64,000 nt of DNA from Candidatus Poribacteria bacterium (lineage in GTDB: Bacteria; Poribacteria; WGA-4E; WGA-3G). Of the stretch, positions 59,595 to 64,000 are shown one piece after another (position 1 is the stretch's first letter; each line of letters begins with the position of its first letter). The DNA is taken from NCBI GenBank assembly GCA_965198235.1, contig OZ240248.1, forward strand, positions 1,440,001-1,504,000, written 5' to 3'. The notes under the pieces are model-generated. The model worked only from the letters and a program-made list of their open reading frames with translations, was not told the DNA's origin and searched no databases. Made by a program: the position numbers and the translations under genes.

Positions 59595-60668
59595 TTAAAC
59601 CTCTCCAGCGTCTTCAATCTGAACTTCACGTCCCGTCTCAGCACTTGTGAGTAGACCTTCCATCATCTGCTGAACAATCAATCCGTGGCGGAGGGGTGCC
59701 TTGCACTTTACGTCGTCTAAGATAGATTCAATGAAGTGATCGGCGATCGCATCCCACGCTTCGTTGTATTTACCCGGTGGCAGATTGACGCTTATATCCT
59801 CAGACGTGCCGGATTCGTCCGTACGGTAGAGCTGCAAAGGACTCATCGTCGCACCGGCTTCTGTGCCGAAGAGTTCTATCTGGAATTCATCGGGTTGATG
59901 CGATGCCCAGAAGCTTTCCACCTGTAAGCCGAGTCCGTTTTCAAACGTAATAAACCCGCCTGCGTAGTCGTCTGACTCGTACTGTTCGTAGGTTTCTTTT
60001 GGGGGTCGGCTACGATTCCAGTACCCACGACCCCGCGGTCCAAATTTCGCACCGGCGGCACCGAGCACTGCGATCGGTTTCGGCAGTCCGAGAATCCACC
60101 ACGCTGCGTCAAGGACGTGGACACCCATATCACGGAAGGCACCGCCTCCCTGCTTAATAAAACCGAGATTCCATGCAGGGATACCGTTGCGGCGGACACT
60201 CCGGGCACGGGCGTAGTAAAGTTCACCAAAATAATTATCGCGTGCGAGGTTGCCGAGGTATTGGCAGCTATCTCCGAAACGCGTGGAAAGCGACATCATA
60301 TTGACAACGCCTGCTGCTTCTGCTTCCGTAACGAGTTTTTGCGCGGCTTCCTCGGAATCGGCGAGTGGTTTCGTTACCATGACGTGTTTGCCGTTCCGTA
60401 CTGCTTCCAATGCTATCGGCACGTGCCACTGATTCGGTGTGCCAACAAATACCGCGTCGATATCGGCGGCTTTACACATCTCTTTGTAATCTGTGTAGAA
60501 TTTAACCTCGCTCGGTAGATCCTTGGCGAAGGCTTTCATCCGGTCTTCAAGCAAGTCACAAAGCGCGACAACATTGCCTCGCGGGTTTCTGGCGAGCGCC
60601 GCTCCATTGGGTCTACCTATACCCATACCGACGACGGCGATTCGGACAGGGTTTTTTGCTGCTGCCAT
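59595..60668 (-). CDS. Gfo/Idh/MocA oxidoreductase
   Basis: VVGMG, GKHVMVTKPL, GGGAFRDMGVH. Confidence 0.92.
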   Translation of the reverse strand: MAAAKNPVRIAVVGMGIGRPNGAALARNPRGNVVALCDLLEDRMKAFAKDLPSEVKFYTDYKEMCKAADIDAVFVGTPNQWHVPIALEAVRNGKHVMVTKPLADSEEAAQKLVTEAEAAGVVNMMSLSTRFGDSCQYLGNLARDNYFGELYYARARSVRRNGIPAWNLGFIKQGGGAFRDMGVHVLDAAWWILGLPKPIAVLGAAGAKFGPRGRGYWNRSRPPKETYEQYESDDYAGGFITFENGLGLQVESFWASHQPDEFQIELFGTEAGATMSPLQLYRTDESGTSEDISVNLPPGKYNEAWDAIADHFIESILDDVKCKAPLRHGLIVQQMMEGLLTSAETGREVQIEDAGEV

Positions 60669-60776
60669 TTTTTTAATTTTCCTTGCGGTTGGTTCAGAGA
60701 GGTTGTGTGAAAAACAGTCCTTTCGGTATATCCGCCTTCCACTTCGTTTCAGGCTACGCGTTTTTTAATTTTCCTT
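60669..60776 (-). mobile_element. CCGCAAGG-family element bracketed by a 16-bp direct repeat
   Basis: ttttttaattttcctt at 60669-60684 and 60761-60776. Confidence 0.75.
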
Positions 60777-61338
60777 AATACGGACGACCCCGTGAATTCA
60801 AAGGCGAACTCACTTCGTTTTTGACAGACTTAATTGTCCTGAGATACGCCCAGATCGCCTTCAGATCTTCATCGTTCATTTGGGCGTAATGCTTCGTCGG
60901 CATCGGCGGAAAGATCTTCCGATTGCCTGCCACGCCTTGATGGAGTCCAGTACGCATCGCTTGGATGAACATTGTCTCTGTCCATTCACCCAATCCTGTT
61001 TCATTGTCCGGGGTCAAATTTGAAGCGAAGCTCGTTCCAAACGGACCGGAGAATGCTGTCATTTGCGTTGATGTAAGAATGAAGATGCCTTGTTGCATCA
61101 TGCTGAAATTGTAGCGTGGATAAGACGCGTTCGCTGGATGCCCCGCGAGGTACATGTCCATGTTATATTCAGCACCAGCGCGTGGTGTATGGCAATGCCC
61201 GCACGCACCCACCGTGTCCACGAGGTATTTCCCGCGTTGCACCATATCGCTTTGGCTTTGAACAGAGTTGATGCTCAGCGCAATAATGCTACCTACAACG
61301 AGCAACGTCGCGCAAAAGATTAAGAAATTTCGGTACAT
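60775..61338 (-). CDS. exported monoheme cytochrome c
   Basis: Signal peptide; RGKYL...CGHCHTP; NLTPD.ETG.G.W; PPMP. Confidence 0.9.
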   Translation of the reverse strand: MYRNFLIFCATLLVVGSIIALSINSVQSQSDMVQRGKYLVDTVGACGHCHTPRAGAEYNMDMYLAGHPANASYPRYNFSMMQQGIFILTSTQMTAFSGPFGTSFASNLTPDNETGLGEWTETMFIQAMRTGLHQGVAGNRKIFPPMPTKHYAQMNDEDLKAIWAYLRTIKSVKNEVSSPLNSRGRPY

Positions 61339-61443
61339 TCAGGAACTCTCCTTTGGATTCAAACCTGAACCTAATTTAGCAAATTCCGCAAATAGATGCA
61401 ATAAAAATAAAAATGGCGCGGTTGAAAACCGCGCCTGTACCTT

Positions 61444-61570
61444 AAGGTAAAATTAAAAAGTAGTCCGTAATGAAATGGAGGGGTTTTTGCTTGGGTGTTT
61501 CTTCAGATATACGGGAAGGCACGTCATAGATCCCAACCCACTTGACCGAACCGCAAGGTAAAATTAAAAA
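61444..61570 (+). mobile_element. CCGAACCGCAAGG-family element bracketed by a 16-bp direct repeat
   Basis: aaggtaaaattaaaaa at 61444-61459 and 61555-61570. Confidence 0.75.
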
Positions 61571-64000
61571 TTAGAAACTATAAGATAACTTCGCGTAGTA
61601 AAGTCCACCATTGAAACCGAAAGGTGCAGACCTTCTGGAGTATGTGAAAACGCCAGGCGAGTCCGCAATGACGTGTCCTGTGCTATCCTCTAATTTTCCA
61701 CTACGCGACTGACCAATTTCATTAAGGTCGGGCAGCTGATCAAACAGATTATTCACACCAATAGTCAACGAAAGCCCTTCATTGAGTTGATAGTTACTCT
61801 GGACATCAGTAAGCCATTTTCCATCATAAGTTTGCCGTGCCGGATCGGCACCACTTCCTTCTTGAACGGTGTAACTCCCGAAGTAGCGCAAGGCACCCCC
61901 TATAGTGAGATCGCCGATGATGTAATCCGCGCTCAGGTTAAGCCGGGTGTTCGGCTGCCACTCCTCAATCATGGAGCGATCCTGCGAAGGGAAGAGGATC
62001 TCCTCAAGCCCGATAAGGATTTCTGGTGCATCCACATCACCGATAACTTCGGTATCTGCCCATGTGAACGCAACCTTCAAATTGAGAAGGGATTCGTTGG
62101 TGAACGCATGTAGATAACCCGCGGCAACATCAACGCCTTGTGTACGAGTCTGTGCCACGTTTGTGAACGCCTGTGCACTGCTCGCCCCTGCAGCAACTAA
62201 GGTAGGGATGTTATCGGCACTGAAATTGCCACTGAGGACGATACGATCATCAATTTGGATGAGAAAACCGTCTACAGTGAGCCACATCTTCTCAAATGGT
62301 TTCAACACGAAACCACCCGAGACGTTGAATGCCGTCTCCTCTTTGAGTTCAGGTATACCGAGTGCACGTGCGGCATCGCTGTCGTTACGGAACGTGCCGA
62401 GTTCGCGGGGTAACACTTCAGTAGTATCTCCGTCACCATCAAGATCCGTCGCATCTACCAAGAATTGCGTGCTAATGTTATTGAAGTAGAGTTGTTGCAG
62501 TGAAGGCGCACGGAAACCGGTGCTGCCCGCCGCACGGACCGCAACCTGTTTCGTCAAATCGTAACGAGCCGTCGCTTTTCCTGTGACGGTGGCACCGAAG
62601 TCGCTATACTGCTCACCGCGCACCGCTGCACCAACGAGTAAACCTGTTCCCGGTTGTCCACTGAGATAGGATTCAAAATCAGCATAACCTGCTATATTTG
62701 TCCTACTTTCGTCCACTTCGTTGTCTGGCCGGAAACCGGGGAATACTTGGATACCGCCAGTGGCACCCGGTGCCCCAAGTCCGGCGTTAATCCATGAGAG
62801 GGGTTCGCCAGCGTGGATACCGTAACCTTCCCGACGGAACTCGATACCGCCTGCGAGGTTCACCAGCGAGGACTGATAGTCAAGAGGATAGGTGACATCC
62901 AAGTTAAACGCCGTTTGCGAAAGCTCAAATCCGCCAGCATCCGCGGAAGTCGGACTGCTCGCACCGTAAGAGGCGTTCAGAGAGTTGGAAATGAAAAAGT
63001 CGAATGTATTCAAGCCGTAATTAATGCTGGCATCGACATTCAAATCGGTCACCTCATGCGTCCATGCCATACCTAAGGCGAGAGAGGTGTCACCAATATC
63101 AGTGTTGATTTCTGGTAGGAATCCATCCGGATAGATTTCGGTGACAGTCCGCGATGCTTGGTTGGCTCTGCGATAAAAACCGGCACTGTTGTTTTGGCGT
63201 GAAGAGTGTCCGCCAAAGGAGTAGAGTTCTAAACCCGCAGCGAGCGGGAGTCCGAAATTATAAAATCCAATTTTTTGTGACGAATCGGAATCTCCAACGC
63301 GGAAGTTCTGACGTTCAAAGGTGTATTCGCGCGGATCGAACCATACCGGTTTCCTGGTTACAGTCCCATCATCATTTTCGATTTCAAGCATCTTATCCGG
63401 GGGACTCCCTTGGTCGACATCTATCCAGTCATACTGGCGTTCGCCTGTGAGACCTGCACGGTTGGTCCGTTCTCTATCACGCCATTCAGCAGTGAGATTG
63501 AGGAAACCGGATTCACCGACTTTCATACCGTAGTTGGCGTTCCCGTTCCGTGTGTCGCCATCGCCTTCATAGGTTTGTCCCCAATAAAGGTCAGCATTGC
63601 CTATATTAACATCGTCTTTCAGCACAATATTGATGACACCCGCGATAGCATCCGAACCGTACTGTGCCGCCGCACCGTCGCGGAGTACTTCAATACGCTC
63701 TATCGCCGCGGACGGAATCGCGTTAAAGTCTGTGCCAGCGGTGCCTCGTCCCACCGACGTGTTTACGTGCAACAAGGCACTTTTGTGCCGACGTTTGCCG
63801 TTGACAAGCACAAGTGTCTGATCGGGTCCCAAGCCACGCAGTGTTGCGGGACGTAGGGCATCTGTGCCATCGCTAATGCTTGAACTTGAAAAATTGAAGG
63901 AGGGGACTAACATCTGAAGGACGCGACCCGTTTCAGATTGACCGGTAAGGCTGAGTTGCTCTCTGTTAACGACTTCTATTGGAACAGGGGCTTGTAAAGC
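61571..64000 (-). CDS. TonB-dependent receptor (5' end beyond window)
   Basis: Plug motifs LRGLGPDQTLVLVNGKR and IERIEVLRDGAAAQYGSDAIAGVINI; GFRAPSL; C-terminal YAKLSYSF. Confidence 0.95.
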   Translation of the reverse strand, partial: ALQAPVPIEVVNREQLSLTGQSETGRVLQMLVPSFNFSSSSISDGTDALRPATLRGLGPDQTLVLVNGKRRHKSALLHVNTSVGRGTAGTDFNAIPSAAIERIEVLRDGAAAQYGSDAIAGVINIVLKDDVNIGNADLYWGQTYEGDGDTRNGNANYGMKVGESGFLNLTAEWRDRERTNRAGLTGERQYDWIDVDQGSPPDKMLEIENDDGTVTRKPVWFDPREYTFERQNFRVGDSDSSQKIGFYNFGLPLAAGLELYSFGGHSSRQNNSAGFYRRANQASRTVTEIYPDGFLPEINTDIGDTSLALGMAWTHEVTDLNVDASINYGLNTFDFFISNSLNASYGASSPTSADAGGFELSQTAFNLDVTYPLDYQSSLVNLAGGIEFRREGYGIHAGEPLSWINAGLGAPGATGGIQVFPGFRPDNEVDESRTNIAGYADFESYLSGQPGTGLLVGAAVRGEQYSDFGATVTGKATARYDLTKQVAVRAAGSTGFRAPSLQQLYFNNISTQFLVDATDLDGDGDTTEVLPRELGTFRNDSDAARALGIPELKEETAFNVSGGFVLKPFEKMWLTVDGFLIQIDDRIVLSGNFSADNIPTLVAAGASSAQAFTNVAQTRTQGVDVAAGYLHAFTNESLLNLKVAFTWADTEVIGDVDAPEILIGLEEILFPSQDRSMIEEWQPNTRLNLSADYIIGDLTIGGALRYFGSYTVQEGSGADPARQTYDGKWLTDVQSNYQLNEGLSLTIGVNNLFDQLPDLNEIGQSRSGKLEDSTGHVIADSPGVFTYSRRSAPFGFNGGLYYAKLSYSF

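Overview
Bacterial chromosomal window. The Gfo/Idh/MocA oxidoreductases, PhyH dioxygenases, family-5 ABC transporter and dense intergenic mini-repeats resemble Candidatus Poribacteria, but that is inference only. The left half carries two defence islands. The first (1-10171) has the tail of a DUF3883/helicase gene, an ABC-type ATPase + HNH pair, a DUF1156 methylase and a DUF499 ATPase. The second (23127-32087) has type III R-M Res and Mod separated by ParA-like + HEPN cargo, with several apparent inactivating lesions. The standout is 32438-35210 on the minus strand. It holds a 621-aa IscB (PLMP-like N-terminus, split RuvC, bridge helix, HNH, catalytic motifs all present) with a ~130-aa basic insertion where Cas9 has its REC lobe. 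Upstream are an omegaRNA/HEARO-like scaffold and a CRISPR array (30-nt repeats, four unrelated 35-37-nt spacers). The scaffold begins with an anti-repeat that pairs with the repeat as lower stem, bulge and upper stem, giving a crRNA:tracrRNA-like, IscB-to-Cas9 intermediate architecture. No cas1, cas2 or tnpA is in the window. The remainder is housekeeping and metabolic: ECF sigma/anti-sigma, an opp/dpp-type operon containing a fused MNT-HEPN gene, rsmI, a radical SAM protein, a cysK-cysH-sulfur carrier-JAMM operon and a TonB receptor. Several families of REP/MITE-like repeats are interleaved, and one repeatedly ends directly at start codons. All calls come from motif reading by eye; no database searches were run.
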